Positions 39,853-50,109 of a DNA stretch of 51,479 nucleotides are shown here, piece by piece. Each line of letters starts with the position of its first letter. The stretch's first letter is position 1. Source of the DNA: a virus (taxonomy: Duplodnaviria > Heunggongvirae > Uroviricota > Caudoviricetes); the IMG/VR virus record IMGVR_UViG_3300045988_007046, positions 1 through 51,479 of that record. One strand, 5' to 3'. The position numbers and the translations under genes are program-made. The notes beneath the pieces were generated by a model. The model saw only the letters and a list, made by a program, of their open reading frames with translations, had not been told where the DNA came from and made no database searches.

Positions 39853-42201
39853 ATGGCAGATTACAAATTGAGTGAACTAAACTCAATCGACACAATCCGT
39901 TCAGATGACCTTCTTCATGTCAGAGTTAAAAAGAGACCTGAAATGCTGGGTGATGAAGACCGTCGAATGACCTATCAAGATTTCTTAGCATCTTTTAAGC
40001 TTGAAAGATTTGTTCAGATTGCTGGTAGCACTATGACGGGTGACTTAGGAATTGTTAAGCTACTTTACGGTGGTAAGGCTGTATTCGACCCCACAGGCTC
40101 TTCTGAGATTACTGTTGGGGATGTTTTAAAGACTTTTAAAATCAACGCAAACGGCCTTAAACTAACTATTGCAGACGCTTCAAGGTCGGCAACTGTTTAT
40201 CATACTTTGAATAAGCCAAGACCTAATGAACTTGGGATGAGAACTAATGAAGAGAATGACGCAAGGTATGCAAGACTAGCCGTGAATAATACCTTTAGAG
40301 GTACTCAAGCTATCCTCTCTGACAATGAAGCGCTCATTATTAAAAATATCACTCAAGGTGCTCCACTCTATCTTCGTGGTCAAGATGCAGATGGTACTAA
40401 CAGATGGTATCTAGGTAATGATAATAGAGGTACAAATAATCTTGTATTGAAGAATGTAAAGTCTGACGTTTCAATTGCTATTTTAGAGAATTTGGTGACA
40501 GTCAACAGAACTCTTCAAATTGCTGGTCAAGTTCAGCCTTCAAGTTTTGCTAACTTAGATGCTAGATATTTTACCCAGACAGCAGCTAATCAAAGATTTG
40601 CACAGTTAACTGCGAATAACACTTTTACTGGCACTAACACTTTCGCTAATTTTGTTGCTAAGAAGAATGCTGAAGCCATCACTCTTCAGAATGTGGACAC
40701 TGCTCCCTCTTTATATATCCGAGCAAGAAAGTCAGATGGGAATTATAAGTGGTACATTGGTAATGACGGTGATGAGAGTATTTTAAAAATCTATAATTAT
40801 CTAACAAAAACACAAGTCTCACTAGGTAACACCATTACCATGAGCAAAACAGTTCAAATTGATGGTCAAGTACAACCTTCTGATTGGACTAATATTGATT
40901 CTCGATACATTCCAGCAGCTACTTTGAGTAATCTTGCTAAACTTAATGTTGCTAATACTTTCACAAATGTGCAGACTATTGTATCAGATAATGAAGGTTT
41001 AGTATTAAGGAGCTTAACACAGGGACAGCCACAATATATCCGTGGTGTTGATACTGCGAATGTATCTAGGTGGTGGCTGGGCGTAGGAACTGCTAATTCT
41101 AACGTGGTAACCTTGAGCAACAGCTTTTCAGGCACTCAAATTTCCCTAGAGCCAACATTGGTTAGTATGAATAAGAATCTGTATATTAATGGGCAGGTTC
41201 AACCACAAAATTGGTCTAACTTAGATGCTAGATACTTTGTTAAGACTCAGTTATTAAATCAATCTTTGATGACTGCATCTGTAAATAATCTTGGAAACCC
41301 TTCAGCATTTAATCTTGGGTATTCAGGTTTTGTCAGAAACAACGATGTGACTAGTGGTCTGAGAGAGTTGGCAATTCATGTTGCTCACTCTAGTAAGACT
41401 GCTGCACACGCAAGGGGTATCTCTTTTGTATACGGTTCAAACGGTTTGGCAACATTCACCTATGCCTATGACAAAAATGGTGACTATGCCGGAGAGGCAC
41501 AGCTTTACACAACTGATTTTAAACCAACCCCTTCAGAGATTGGTGCATATACTAAAGCAGAAACTGACCAGAAAATTGCAACAGCAATTAGTGACTCTAC
41601 AGACCTTAATAAAATCTATCCAGTAGGTATTGTAACTTGGTTTAACAGTGATGTTGACCCTAATACAGCACTACCTGGGTTAACTTGGACGTATCTTAAC
41701 AATGGTGTTGGTAGGACTATCAGGATTGCAGCAGCAGATGGTTCAGATGTTGCTACAACAGGTGGTTCAGACTCTGTGGTGTTATCTGTTGGTAACTTAC
41801 CGTCACACACCCATAGTTTCTCTGCTACCACTTCATCTTTTGATTATGGTACGAAGAACACTAATAGTACTGGTGCTCACACCCACTCAGTTAGTGGTAC
41901 TGCTGCATCTGCTGGGCAACACGCACACAGAATTTCACAGGGTGACAACGCTAACGTTCCATCAGGTAGAGTTGCATCTTCGAACTCTGCTCAGACCCAT
42001 GTTGGTTGGACTGAAAATGATGGTGCTCACACCCACTCAGTTAGTGGTACTGCTGCATCTGCTGGTGGACATGCTCACTCTGTAGGTATTGGTGCTCACA
42101 GCCACACAGTTAGTGGTAACACTGGTGGTACAGGCTCTGGTTCAGCATTTAGTGTTACTAACCAGTTCTACAAGTTAATGGCTTGGGTAAGAACTGCTTA
42201 A
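39853..42201 (+). CDS. long tail fibre protein with repeated shaft modules and HxH C-terminal tip
   Basis: 782 aa; internal repeated modules (LQIAGQVQPSSFANLDARYF / VQIDGQVQPSDWTNIDSRYI / LYINGQVQPQNWSNLDARYF); C-terminal GAHTHSVSGTAASAG x2 and GAHSHTVSG. Confidence 0.7.
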   Translation: MADYKLSELNSIDTIRSDDLLHVRVKKRPEMLGDEDRRMTYQDFLASFKLERFVQIAGSTMTGDLGIVKLLYGGKAVFDPTGSSEITVGDVLKTFKINANGLKLTIADASRSATVYHTLNKPRPNELGMRTNEENDARYARLAVNNTFRGTQAILSDNEALIIKNITQGAPLYLRGQDADGTNRWYLGNDNRGTNNLVLKNVKSDVSIAILENLVTVNRTLQIAGQVQPSSFANLDARYFTQTAANQRFAQLTANNTFTGTNTFANFVAKKNAEAITLQNVDTAPSLYIRARKSDGNYKWYIGNDGDESILKIYNYLTKTQVSLGNTITMSKTVQIDGQVQPSDWTNIDSRYIPAATLSNLAKLNVANTFTNVQTIVSDNEGLVLRSLTQGQPQYIRGVDTANVSRWWLGVGTANSNVVTLSNSFSGTQISLEPTLVSMNKNLYINGQVQPQNWSNLDARYFVKTQLLNQSLMTASVNNLGNPSAFNLGYSGFVRNNDVTSGLRELAIHVAHSSKTAAHARGISFVYGSNGLATFTYAYDKNGDYAGEAQLYTTDFKPTPSEIGAYTKAETDQKIATAISDSTDLNKIYPVGIVTWFNSDVDPNTALPGLTWTYLNNGVGRTIRIAAADGSDVATTGGSDSVVLSVGNLPSHTHSFSATTSSFDYGTKNTNSTGAHTHSVSGTAASAGQHAHRISQGDNANVPSGRVASSNSAQTHVGWTENDGAHTHSVSGTAASAGGHAHSVGIGAHSHTVSGNTGGTGSGSAFSVTNQFYKLMAWVRTA

Positions 42202-42212
42202 TCCCTTGTTGA

Positions 42213-42254
42213 CTGATTGTTAAGATGGTGTTAATATTCTTTATGGGTATTCTC
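42213..42254 (+). promoter_or_regulatory. 9-bp inverted repeat between the tail fibre and the next gene
   Basis: AAGATGGTG (42213-42221) and CACCATCTT (42246-42254); no T-run, so not a classic terminator. Confidence 0.3.
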
Positions 42255-42280
42255 ACCATCTTGGCTGATGAGGTGATTAA

Positions 42281-42475
42281 ATGCCTACAATCCTAGCAAT
42301 TCTTCTAAAAAATCTAGGTAGCTTCTTCTGGAAACTCATTTTATCCCTTCTAAGTGAATACATGATTGAGAAAGTGTTCTTTAAGCTTGCAAGATATCTT
42401 GCGAGTAAAACAGACACACCTATTGATGATGAGTTCGTAGATAACTTAGAAAAAGCTTTTAAGGGGGAGAAATAA
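42281..42475 (+). CDS. hypothetical small protein (holin-like candidate)
   Basis: 64 aa; N-terminal hydrophobic segment ILAILLKNLGSFFWKLILSLL, charged C-terminus. Confidence 0.3.
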   Translation: MPTILAILLKNLGSFFWKLILSLLSEYMIEKVFFKLARYLASKTDTPIDDEFVDNLEKAFKGEK

Positions 42476-42847
42476 ATGAAGTGGCTAGAGGAAGCTTTTA
42501 AAAATAATATTGGTGCAATTGTAGTTGGTATTTTTAGTGTTATTGGGATGTATACCACCATGCAAGTTTCAAGTGGTAAACAAGAAGTGTCTGTCACAAC
42601 AAAGTTACAGCAGCTAGATAATTATTCAAAAAGTAACTATTTAGCTATTCGTGATTTACAGTCTGACATGAGATTGATTCAGCTAGGGATGGAGAACCAG
42701 AAAGTTCAGTTAGAGAATGTTAAGGGCGAAAACGCAAAACTTACCAAAACTCTTGATAAATTCTCTGACAGTGTAAATAATCTGGCTCAATCAGTATCAG
42801 CCCTCCAAGCTATTACTGAGAAGAACACAAAGAATACTGAAAAATAA
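42476..42847 (+). CDS. membrane-anchored coiled-coil protein (i-spanin-like candidate)
   Basis: 123 aa; one N-terminal TM (IGAIVVGIFSVIGMYTTMQV) followed by a helical heptad-like region. Confidence 0.35.
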   Translation: MKWLEEAFKNNIGAIVVGIFSVIGMYTTMQVSSGKQEVSVTTKLQQLDNYSKSNYLAIRDLQSDMRLIQLGMENQKVQLENVKGENAKLTKTLDKFSDSVNNLAQSVSALQAITEKNTKNTEK

Positions 42848-42852
42848 AATTT

Positions 42853-42884
42853 AAGGCTCCCGTAAAAAGGAGCCTTTTTTGTTT
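42853..42884. terminator. bidirectional rho-independent terminator between convergent genes
   Basis: GGCTCC-CGTAAAAA-GGAGCC hairpin flanked by an A-run upstream and a T-run downstream. Confidence 0.65.
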
Positions 42885-43783
42885 TACTTACCTACTGACA
42901 GAGGTGCTTCAATCTTCCCTGCATGTTGGTAGTTGTTAATGCCACCAATAAAATCACTTGCAGTAAGGTGTTTTAAATCACTTAGAGTGTTAAGCTGCAC
43001 ACCAATCTCAAAAGTAGGTGCATGGAACTCTTCATTATTCATCAGTTCATAAACCTGTTTCATATGGTTCTGATAAATCTGAGTATCTCCAAATACACCT
43101 ATCAAGTACCGTGGAGTGTATCCAGTCATCTTGCAAAGAACTTCCAGAATAAAACCATAAGATGCAATGTTAAACGGAAGTCCTAAAAAGGTGTCTACAG
43201 AACGTTGATACCATTGTAAGTCAACTTCACCTTCGTTAGTGATATAAATCTGAAACAGAACATGACAAGGTGCTAAAGCCATTGAGTTAGCTGCAATATC
43301 TGCTGCATTCCAAGCATTAACAAGCATGTAACGGTCTGTGATATCACCTTTCATCTTCGTTACTAAGGTCTCTAACTGGTCTACAACACAACCATTATGG
43401 CCTTCAAAGTTTCTCCACTGAACCCCGTAGATTCTCCCACCTGCATCCTCTAACCAGTCTTGTTCAGAAGAATAGTTAGAGCTTAACCAGCGTTTAAAAT
43501 CATCTGACCAGATAGTCCAGCGTTCCCCATCATTTTCACCCCAAGTACGGTAACGGAGTTCACCAAGTTTATTCTCACCATTTAGGAACCATAAAGCTTC
43601 TCCGATAACTTGCCGTGTAAACACCTGTTTAGATGTTAAGAGTGGGAAACCAGTTCGCATATCAAAACGAAACTGAGGTGGAGCAAATGCAGAGATAACA
43701 TCTCCAGTTCGTGTAGTACGCAGTTCACCAACGGATAAAACATGGTTTAGAATATTTTTGTAACTCAAATCAGCTTGTGACAT
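42884..43783 (-). CDS. thyA: thymidylate synthase
   Basis: 299 aa; active-site region MALAPCHVLFQIY matches the ThyA catalytic-Cys motif. Confidence 0.9.
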   Translation of the reverse strand: MSQADLSYKNILNHVLSVGELRTTRTGDVISAFAPPQFRFDMRTGFPLLTSKQVFTRQVIGEALWFLNGENKLGELRYRTWGENDGERWTIWSDDFKRWLSSNYSSEQDWLEDAGGRIYGVQWRNFEGHNGCVVDQLETLVTKMKGDITDRYMLVNAWNAADIAANSMALAPCHVLFQIYITNEGEVDLQWYQRSVDTFLGLPFNIASYGFILEVLCKMTGYTPRYLIGVFGDTQIYQNHMKQVYELMNNEEFHAPTFEIGVQLNTLSDLKHLTASDFIGGINNYQHAGKIEAPLSVGK

Positions 43784-43784
43784 A

Positions 43785-44330
43785 TCAAAAGTGTCCTTTT
43801 ACTTGTGGAACATAGATTTCAAAGGTTGCTTTACCATCATCCGATGGCCTTGACTGTACCTTTGCAAATACACGGCTATCATACAGCTTATCGAAGAAGT
43901 TTTCAAAAGGTAAATATACAGTGGCCTCTTCAGTAACCTTATGGAAAACTGTATGGAAAACTACACCAGCATACGGTAAAGCATTGACAAGGACACCTGC
44001 ACCACCAATTACAAAGACATCTTCATCAATAGAGCTATCAAGATACTTCAAAAATGCTCCAAAGGATTCTTTACTGGCCTTAGCATACATTACATCATCT
44101 TTGTCAAAGTCTATACCCAAATATAGAACAGAGTTCGTTAAGACGATGTTTGTACGTTCTGGTAATGGTTTGCTACCCAGAGTCTTAAAAGTCTCATTAC
44201 CCATTACTACTAAGTTATCTTTAGTGAGTCTCTTAAACTCTTGCATGTCCTGTTTATGTCGAGGCCACGGCATACCAGTTGGAGTACCGAACTCCCCATT
44301 TTCACCACTTGCAAAGATTAATTTAATCAT
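43785..44330 (-). CDS. folA: dihydrofolate reductase
   Basis: 181 aa; N-terminal MIKLIFASGENGEFG...GMPW...VVMGNETFKTLG matches the DHFR fold signature; adjacent to thyA. Confidence 0.8.
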   Translation of the reverse strand: MIKLIFASGENGEFGTPTGMPWPRHKQDMQEFKRLTKDNLVVMGNETFKTLGSKPLPERTNIVLTNSVLYLGIDFDKDDVMYAKASKESFGAFLKYLDSSIDEDVFVIGGAGVLVNALPYAGVVFHTVFHKVTEEATVYLPFENFFDKLYDSRVFAKVQSRPSDDGKATFEIYVPQVKGHF

Positions 44331-44587
44331 TTTGTAAATCCTTTCTTAATGAACCAGTTGATAACACTCTTCACAACTTTACTACGATGGTAGATAAAAT
44401 GTGGAGAGGGTTGGTATGAACCATAAGCCCAGAAAGCGATAATTTCATTACACCCTGTGCATCGGGTACTTTCTTCAGCAATATGACCGTTGACTATTTC
44501 ACTTACCTCACCTTGTAAGTCTGTACACCCGCAATGTGGACAACGGATAGGTGTTCCATCAGACTCATAGCAGTGTTCAATTTTCAT
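44327..44587 (-). CDS. hypothetical zinc-ribbon protein
   Basis: 86 aa; CPHCGC...CTGCNE four-Cys arrangement. Confidence 0.5.
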   Translation of the reverse strand: MKIEHCYESDGTPIRCPHCGCTDLQGEVSEIVNGHIAEESTRCTGCNEIIAFWAYGSYQPSPHFIYHRSKVVKSVINWFIKKGFTK

Positions 44588-45109
44588 CTATTTAACCTCA
44601 AAAACTGGCTCAAGAACCAATATAAAGTCTACACAGTCATCTTCTTCATCCAGAATACCATCAAAGTTCTTAGGTACAAAGTCGAAGAGGCTCATAGAAT
44701 ATCGGTCAGAAGTAACCCTGATAGTGTTCCCTATATTCTCTACAGTTAATATTGTACGGCTTTCTGTTACCTCACTTAGAAGATTACTCACAAAGTCATC
44801 TAAGAAGTGTTTCATCAGTGACTTGAAGCCTTTAGGGTAATCTGTACCAGAGTATGTTTCAATCTGAGGAACAAGCTTAACATTTATACTAGTCTTTGTT
44901 AAGAACGTTTTAGAGAACATGCTATCAGGTAGCTTACAAACAGTCTTTCCAGTACCTTCATGCTCAATCTCAACAAAACCAGCTTCATCGCCACATGTAA
45001 CTATTTTAAAAGATGCTTCATTCTCATACTGTGAAGCCATAAACTTCTTAAGCATTTCTTTAAGGAAGTCTGCATGAGCATCTTGTAAGTAGATATCAAT
45101 CATAATCAA
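44588..45109 (-). CDS. hypothetical protein
   Basis: 173-aa ORF. Confidence 0.5.
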   Translation of the reverse strand: MIMIDIYLQDAHADFLKEMLKKFMASQYENEASFKIVTCGDEAGFVEIEHEGTGKTVCKLPDSMFSKTFLTKTSINVKLVPQIETYSGTDYPKGFKSLMKHFLDDFVSNLLSEVTESRTILTVENIGNTIRVTSDRYSMSLFDFVPKNFDGILDEEDDCVDFILVLEPVFEVK

Positions 45110-45116
45110 TCACCTA

Positions 45117-45476
45117 TTATGGGAACAAACACTTGATGTCATCGTTTTTGAAAACAAAACTTGTGTAGTTATGACCATCAACATCCAGCCAAACAGCCTG
45201 AACATCTACACCATCAAGATTCTGGTAAAGCTCTTTGATGAAGTGGTCTTTTACAATATGACTGCTAGTGGTTTCCAGCTTAATGTTCGAGATTGCTGAA
45301 CCTACAGCCATATAGCCCATGACACGTTTCTTCTCAGTATGCTTAATCTTACCATCTTTGTAAGCCATAATGAGATTGGAGAGAATCTTCACACCATAAT
45401 ACTTTTCAAGGTGAGTGGGTACGCCATAAAAGCCTAATGCGAAGTTTTCAGAGTGGATAATGTTTTCACGTTTCAT
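45117..45476 (-). CDS. hypothetical protein
   Basis: 119-aa ORF. Confidence 0.5.
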   Translation of the reverse strand: MKRENIIHSENFALGFYGVPTHLEKYYGVKILSNLIMAYKDGKIKHTEKKRVMGYMAVGSAISNIKLETTSSHIVKDHFIKELYQNLDGVDVQAVWLDVDGHNYTSFVFKNDDIKCLFP

Positions 45477-45477
45477 A

Positions 45478-45807
45478 TTAATCTGCCAACCTTAAATTGA
45501 AATTAACACCAAATTTTTCACATACTTCCAACATATACTCAAGGGAAACATTACCAGTGAGGTGGATTATGTTGGATACACGAGCTTGAGAGATACCACA
45601 AATTTTAGCGACTTGCTCTTGAGAAAGACCTCTGGATTTAATCTCTCTCTTAAAACGATGTGCAACGAAGTCTCTCATTTCGTCTACATCCATTGGACAA
45701 ATATAACTCTCCATTTCAGCCTCTCTATCAGCCTCCCAATCATCTTGTGGAGCATAAGGGTCAAAAACCTCATTCATCTTTCTTCTTCCGTTTGCGTGAA
45801 GTATCAA
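45478..45807 (-). CDS. helix-turn-helix DNA-binding protein (XRE-like)
   Basis: 109 aa; LSQEQVAKICGISQARVSNIIH is a classic HTH pattern. Confidence 0.6.
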   Translation of the reverse strand: MILHANGRRKMNEVFDPYAPQDDWEADREAEMESYICPMDVDEMRDFVAHRFKREIKSRGLSQEQVAKICGISQARVSNIIHLTGNVSLEYMLEVCEKFGVNFNLRLAD

Positions 45808-45982
45808 TCAATGAATCTATGTTTGTAGCCCTAACCTTTTCACGTTCATCGTTAAGATAATCATCAAGAGCCTTTTCAATCTGTGAATCATCTTGACAGA
45901 TAACTGTAAAGACTGTAAAGCCGTCTGTATCGTCAATTATCTTACCATAACCGCTTCTGGGATGTAACTTTTTAAGAGCCAT
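45770..45982 (-). CDS. hypothetical protein
   Basis: 70-aa ORF with basic C-terminus. Confidence 0.4.
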   Translation of the reverse strand: MALKKLHPRSGYGKIIDDTDGFTVFTVICQDDSQIEKALDDYLNDEREKVRATNIDSLIDTSRKRKKKDE

Positions 45983-45983
45983 A

Positions 45984-46367
45984 TCAAATACCTGTGCAGC
46001 TTCTGTTTTCTAAGAAATACTCAACACCATACATAGCTTTTTGCATCAAATCTTCTTTAAACTGAATACGATGATTAAGCATAGCCTGTACATCAATATC
46101 ATCATGGTGCTTCTCTTTAATATTTGCAGATTGCAGGAAATACTCTGCAAGAACACGATACTGATAGTCAGTTACCTTGTCAGTCATCTCTGTTAAAGAC
46201 TCTTCAGAGATTGGTTTAAGTAACTCACCATTAGCCAAAGCAACACCTTTAACAATCTGACAAGTGTCTTCTGGAACACCTGATAAGTCCACATTTGGAA
46301 GTTCTGTTGCATTGACTGGTAAATTCATTGCCATAACCATTGCAGCAGCTAATAAAATCTTTTTCAT
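45984..46367 (-). CDS. secreted or periplasmic hypothetical protein
   Basis: 127 aa; N-terminal signal-peptide-like MKKILLAAAMVMAMNLPVNA. Confidence 0.55.
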   Translation of the reverse strand: MKKILLAAAMVMAMNLPVNATELPNVDLSGVPEDTCQIVKGVALANGELLKPISEESLTEMTDKVTDYQYRVLAEYFLQSANIKEKHHDDIDVQAMLNHRIQFKEDLMQKAMYGVEYFLENRSCTGI

Positions 46368-46439
46368 AATGACCTCAAAGTTATATTGAATTTTGTATTA
46401 CATTGAGTATAAAAATAAGCTATAACACCTGACTTGTCA

Positions 46440-46883
46440 ACAGACTTTATAGCTTATTTGGCAGATTTTTTATAAGGCTACTGCCATCCTTCCATACCAC
46501 ACCTCACCCAACCATACCATGCCTTACCAGACCGCACCTTGCCTCATTAAAAGACCCTCTTAAAAGACCTTTTAAAAAGGTAAGTCTCATTTTAATGTAG
46601 CTGAGACTAACTACCCGCACCGAACCTCACCTGACCTAACCGCGCCATACCTAACCGCGCCTTACCACACCTCACTTAAAAACCCTATGAGATACTCTAT
46701 CGAATATAATTTAAAGACTCTTAAGTGATGTAATCGAATTTTTATGTAGCTCCGATTAACTACCCGCACTTTACCAAACCTCACCCTACCCTACCAGACC
46801 TTACCTAACCGCGCCGTACCTCATTAAAAGACCCTCTTAAAGACCTTTTAAAAAGGAGCCTCCGAAGAGGCTACCTAGTCAAC
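46440..46883. repeat. repeat-rich intergenic region: C/A-rich 10-bp-periodic tracts plus a conserved ~70-bp module
   Basis: Strongly G-poor tracts on the plus strand with ~10-bp periodic CC-rich units (46485-46545, 46618-46678, 46766-46822); module TAAAAGACCCTCTTAAAAGACCTTTTAAAAAGGTAAGTCTCATTTTAATGTAGCTGAGACTAACTACCCGCAC at 46546-46618, reused in part at 46706-46770 and 46824-46856. Confidence 0.65.
46846..46872 (-). terminator. rho-independent terminator-like hairpin (minus strand)
   Basis: On the minus strand, AGCCTC-TTCG-GAGGCT hairpin followed by CTTTTTAAAA, just downstream of the 46884-47324 stop. Confidence 0.45.
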
Positions 46884-47324
46884 TTAGAAAGGTTTTCTAC
46901 GTTGCTTGTTAATGTTAGCTTTCATAGCAGCTAAATGGTTTTGCTGTTCAATTAGTCGTGAACGTTCTTGATGGCTAAGTACCATAGTGTTCACATTCTC
47001 AATCGCTTGAGTGGCTTGCTTTAAAGCACGACCAATCTTACCAGACATTTTACGTTTTGCAATAGTTGCTTGATGCTTAGGTTCAACCACACGATAACCA
47101 ACACCCATTGAAGCAACCAGATAAATCTTCTCTTCTTTAAGAAGCTTCTCAATAAACTTCTCAAGTCGATTTAAGCGTGTAAGTGCGTAAGCTTTCATTT
47201 CATCTTCGTACTTAACAATGTCACCTTGATAAGTTGGCTTCACAATACCTAAGAAGGTATCCATCTCAGAGTGTGATACAGTGTCACCGTAACTAAACTT
47301 TGCTGCTAATGCTTTTGTATTCAT
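46884..47324 (-). CDS. hypothetical protein
   Basis: 146-aa ORF with basic C-terminus; flanked by repeat regions. Confidence 0.5.
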   Translation of the reverse strand: MNTKALAAKFSYGDTVSHSEMDTFLGIVKPTYQGDIVKYEDEMKAYALTRLNRLEKFIEKLLKEEKIYLVASMGVGYRVVEPKHQATIAKRKMSGKIGRALKQATQAIENVNTMVLSHQERSRLIEQQNHLAAMKANINKQRRKPF

Positions 47325-47326
47325 AA

Positions 47327-47932
<606 letters not shown>

Positions 47933-47989
47933 TTAGTTGATTGTTAAGTTGTTTGTAAAGAACCCTCAACAGAAGACTCTTTAGAAACT

Positions 47990-48300
47990 TGGTAGATTTT
48001 TAACGTGGCTACTACCATCCACCCACACCGTGCCACACCACACCATACCCAACTCCACCTAACCCTACCACACCTTATTAAAAGACCCTCCTAAAGACCT
48101 TTTAAAAAGGTAAGTCTCATTTTAATGTAGCTGAGACTAACTACCCATACTTCACATCACCGCACCATACTACACCTGACACCACCTTACACCACCTTAC
48201 ACCACCGCACCATACCTGACCAAGCTACACATCACTTAAAAACCCTCTTAAAAGACTCTTAAGTGATGCTGGTGAGTACCCGTTGGTTTATGCTGCTCAG
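47990..48300. repeat. second repeat-rich intergenic region (C/A-rich 10-bp tandem repeats plus the conserved module)
   Basis: Near-identical module at 48071-48146; tandem ACACCACCTT x3 within 48196-48228; G-poor tracts 48021-48075 and 48147-48240. Confidence 0.65.
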
Positions 48301-48332
48301 TATACTCACCAAATTTTCTATGTCAACAACTT

Positions 48333-49469
48333 TTATTCGTAGTCTCGAATAACGAGACCAACAGGCAACTGTAAAGAACCCTTACGAGTCATCTTCTGGA
48401 ACTGAACCGTTAAAGGTTTCCCGATAAACTCTTCAGGATGCTCAGCAAGATACTGTTTCTTCTCATGAGTGGTCTTCCATGAAACATCTACAAAGACGTT
48501 AGGAAGAGTCTCTACAACGAACTTACCGTGACCACGCTTATCGGTCTTGACACCAGTCACTTTAAACTCTTCAGTGTGCATCTTCTTGTGCTTAATCAAG
48601 AAGTAGGAACGGTGACCACACTCATAGAAAGAGTCTTCAGAGATTGAACGGTACATTGCACCTTCAAACTTAGCTTCAACCCACTTATCATGAGCTTCAT
48701 CAAACTCTTCCCAAGAATTTACACGACGAGACTTAACAGGAACAACTTTACAGCCGTCTCTGAAGTCATTCAATGGTGAAGTCTCAATAATATCTCTACG
48801 CTCAGGCCACGTCTTAGTGCTGTCACAGATATCGTACCAGTAGAACTGGAGTAGATGTCGGTCTGGATTGTCAGCATTCTTAATCATAGACACAATATCT
48901 TCTAAGTCCCAACCATGAGCATAAATCTCACCATCAAAGTCTTCTACTTGTGGATGCAATTTAAGCAACAAAAGCAAATCTGGGATTAGTTCTTCTGGGA
49001 CGTTGTAAATAGTATTCTCACGAGAATAAGCCGTGAAGCTAACTAAATCAGCATCTCTTGAAATCCTACAACGGACACCATCAAGTTTCGGTTGAGCATC
49101 AGCAGGGAACTTCAGATACTTTGCATGGCTAACCTTTGCAGCATCATGAGCAAGCTGTACACCTACCTTCTCAGTATTCTGTGCAGACTCTTTTGTGTAA
49201 GAATAACCTTTGCGGTCAACCTGCTTTTTATACTTTGCAGCAACTTCAAAGAGAGCTTGCTGTTCAGCGTTACGCTCATTCTTTTTACCGATGTTTTTAG
49301 GTTCTGCTGTATACTCTTCAAACATCATCTTGCCATTTTCTTTGCCATACGTGGTAACAACTTTGTCACCTACAGCAACGCATGACCAGACGTTAAAAGA
49401 GCCGTCTTTATTTTGTTTGTATAGAATTGTCATTTTTAACCTCTGAGTGATACCAAGTATTGCAAGCAT
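48333..49469 (-). CDS. ATP-dependent DNA ligase
   Basis: Motif I KLDGVR, motif III FDGEIYAHGW, motif IV EGAMYRS, motif V FLIKHKK in correct order; 378 aa. Confidence 0.8.
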   Translation of the reverse strand: MLAILGITQRLKMTILYKQNKDGSFNVWSCVAVGDKVVTTYGKENGKMMFEEYTAEPKNIGKKNERNAEQQALFEVAAKYKKQVDRKGYSYTKESAQNTEKVGVQLAHDAAKVSHAKYLKFPADAQPKLDGVRCRISRDADLVSFTAYSRENTIYNVPEELIPDLLLLLKLHPQVEDFDGEIYAHGWDLEDIVSMIKNADNPDRHLLQFYWYDICDSTKTWPERRDIIETSPLNDFRDGCKVVPVKSRRVNSWEEFDEAHDKWVEAKFEGAMYRSISEDSFYECGHRSYFLIKHKKMHTEEFKVTGVKTDKRGHGKFVVETLPNVFVDVSWKTTHEKKQYLAEHPEEFIGKPLTVQFQKMTRKGSLQLPVGLVIRDYE

Positions 49470-49626
49470 TACATGCGTAAAGCTCTAAGTCATTTTTATC
49501 TGGTTTGTGGAAACAGTTTGACCCACAACGACACCGGAATAGCTTACCATCAACACGAAGAATGAATGTTTCAAGCTCACCATCTTCTGTAAGAACTGCG
49601 TTCTTAAATTTATCTTCTACAGTCAT
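49408..49626 (-). CDS. hypothetical zinc-finger protein
   Basis: 72 aa; CRCGSNCFH...CNACN Cys cluster; overlaps the ligase start region, so one of the two starts is probably later. Confidence 0.4.
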   Translation of the reverse strand: MTVEDKFKNAVLTEDGELETFILRVDGKLFRCRCGSNCFHKPDKNDLELYACNACNTWYHSEVKNDNSIQTK

Positions 49627-49880
49627 TTTCTCTTACCACCAATCTCTACGTCGATAACTTGAACATCGCCAGCAACATCAAACTTATGAATGATGCTTTC
49701 CACAGTGTAAGTCCAACCCTCAATGCGAACCAACTCACCTTCTCGTGGGACGATTGGATTACGTTGAGCTACGGTTGTAGTGGAGTGAACAACATCATAA
49801 CAATAGATGTAGTTTACTAAGACTTCCATCGTGAAAACCTCACTCAATAACCGTAGTGTGTGATTGTCCATTTTTGCCAT
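49623..49880 (-). CDS. hypothetical protein
   Basis: 85-aa ORF. Confidence 0.45.
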   Translation of the reverse strand: MAKMDNHTLRLLSEVFTMEVLVNYIYCYDVVHSTTTVAQRNPIVPREGELVRIEGWTYTVESIIHKFDVAGDVQVIDVEIGGKRK

Positions 49881-50109
49881 AGCTGTAAGATGTTGTTGTT
49901 TGAGAATTTGGACATCTTACAACAACAATATCTCTACTTATAGCATCACCATGTAACTTGTATACTCTGCAATCTTGCATCTCTGGTGGGAGGCTGTAAG
50001 AAGCATTTTTATCTTCATAAGAAGGGTTGCAGCCAGATAGAAAAATAACACCAAGCACAATTACTGCTTTCCACATAACACTTCCACAGAGACTGTACAT
50101 TTTCTTCAT
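49840..50109 (-). CDS. putative lipoprotein
   Basis: 89 aa; signal peptide followed by lipobox-like LSGC (MKKMYSLCGSVMWKAVIVLGVIFLSGC). Confidence 0.55.
   Translation of the reverse strand: MKKMYSLCGSVMWKAVIVLGVIFLSGCNPSYEDKNASYSLPPEMQDCRVYKLHGDAISRDIVVVRCPNSQTTTSYSYGKNGQSHTTVIE

Noticed and set aside
46440-46680. Rho-utilisation (rut) site interpretation of the C-rich, G-poor tracts
   Set aside because: The flanking genes are transcribed from the minus strand, where these tracts are G/T-rich, so they would not act as rut sites for those transcripts; retained only as periodic repeats of unknown function.
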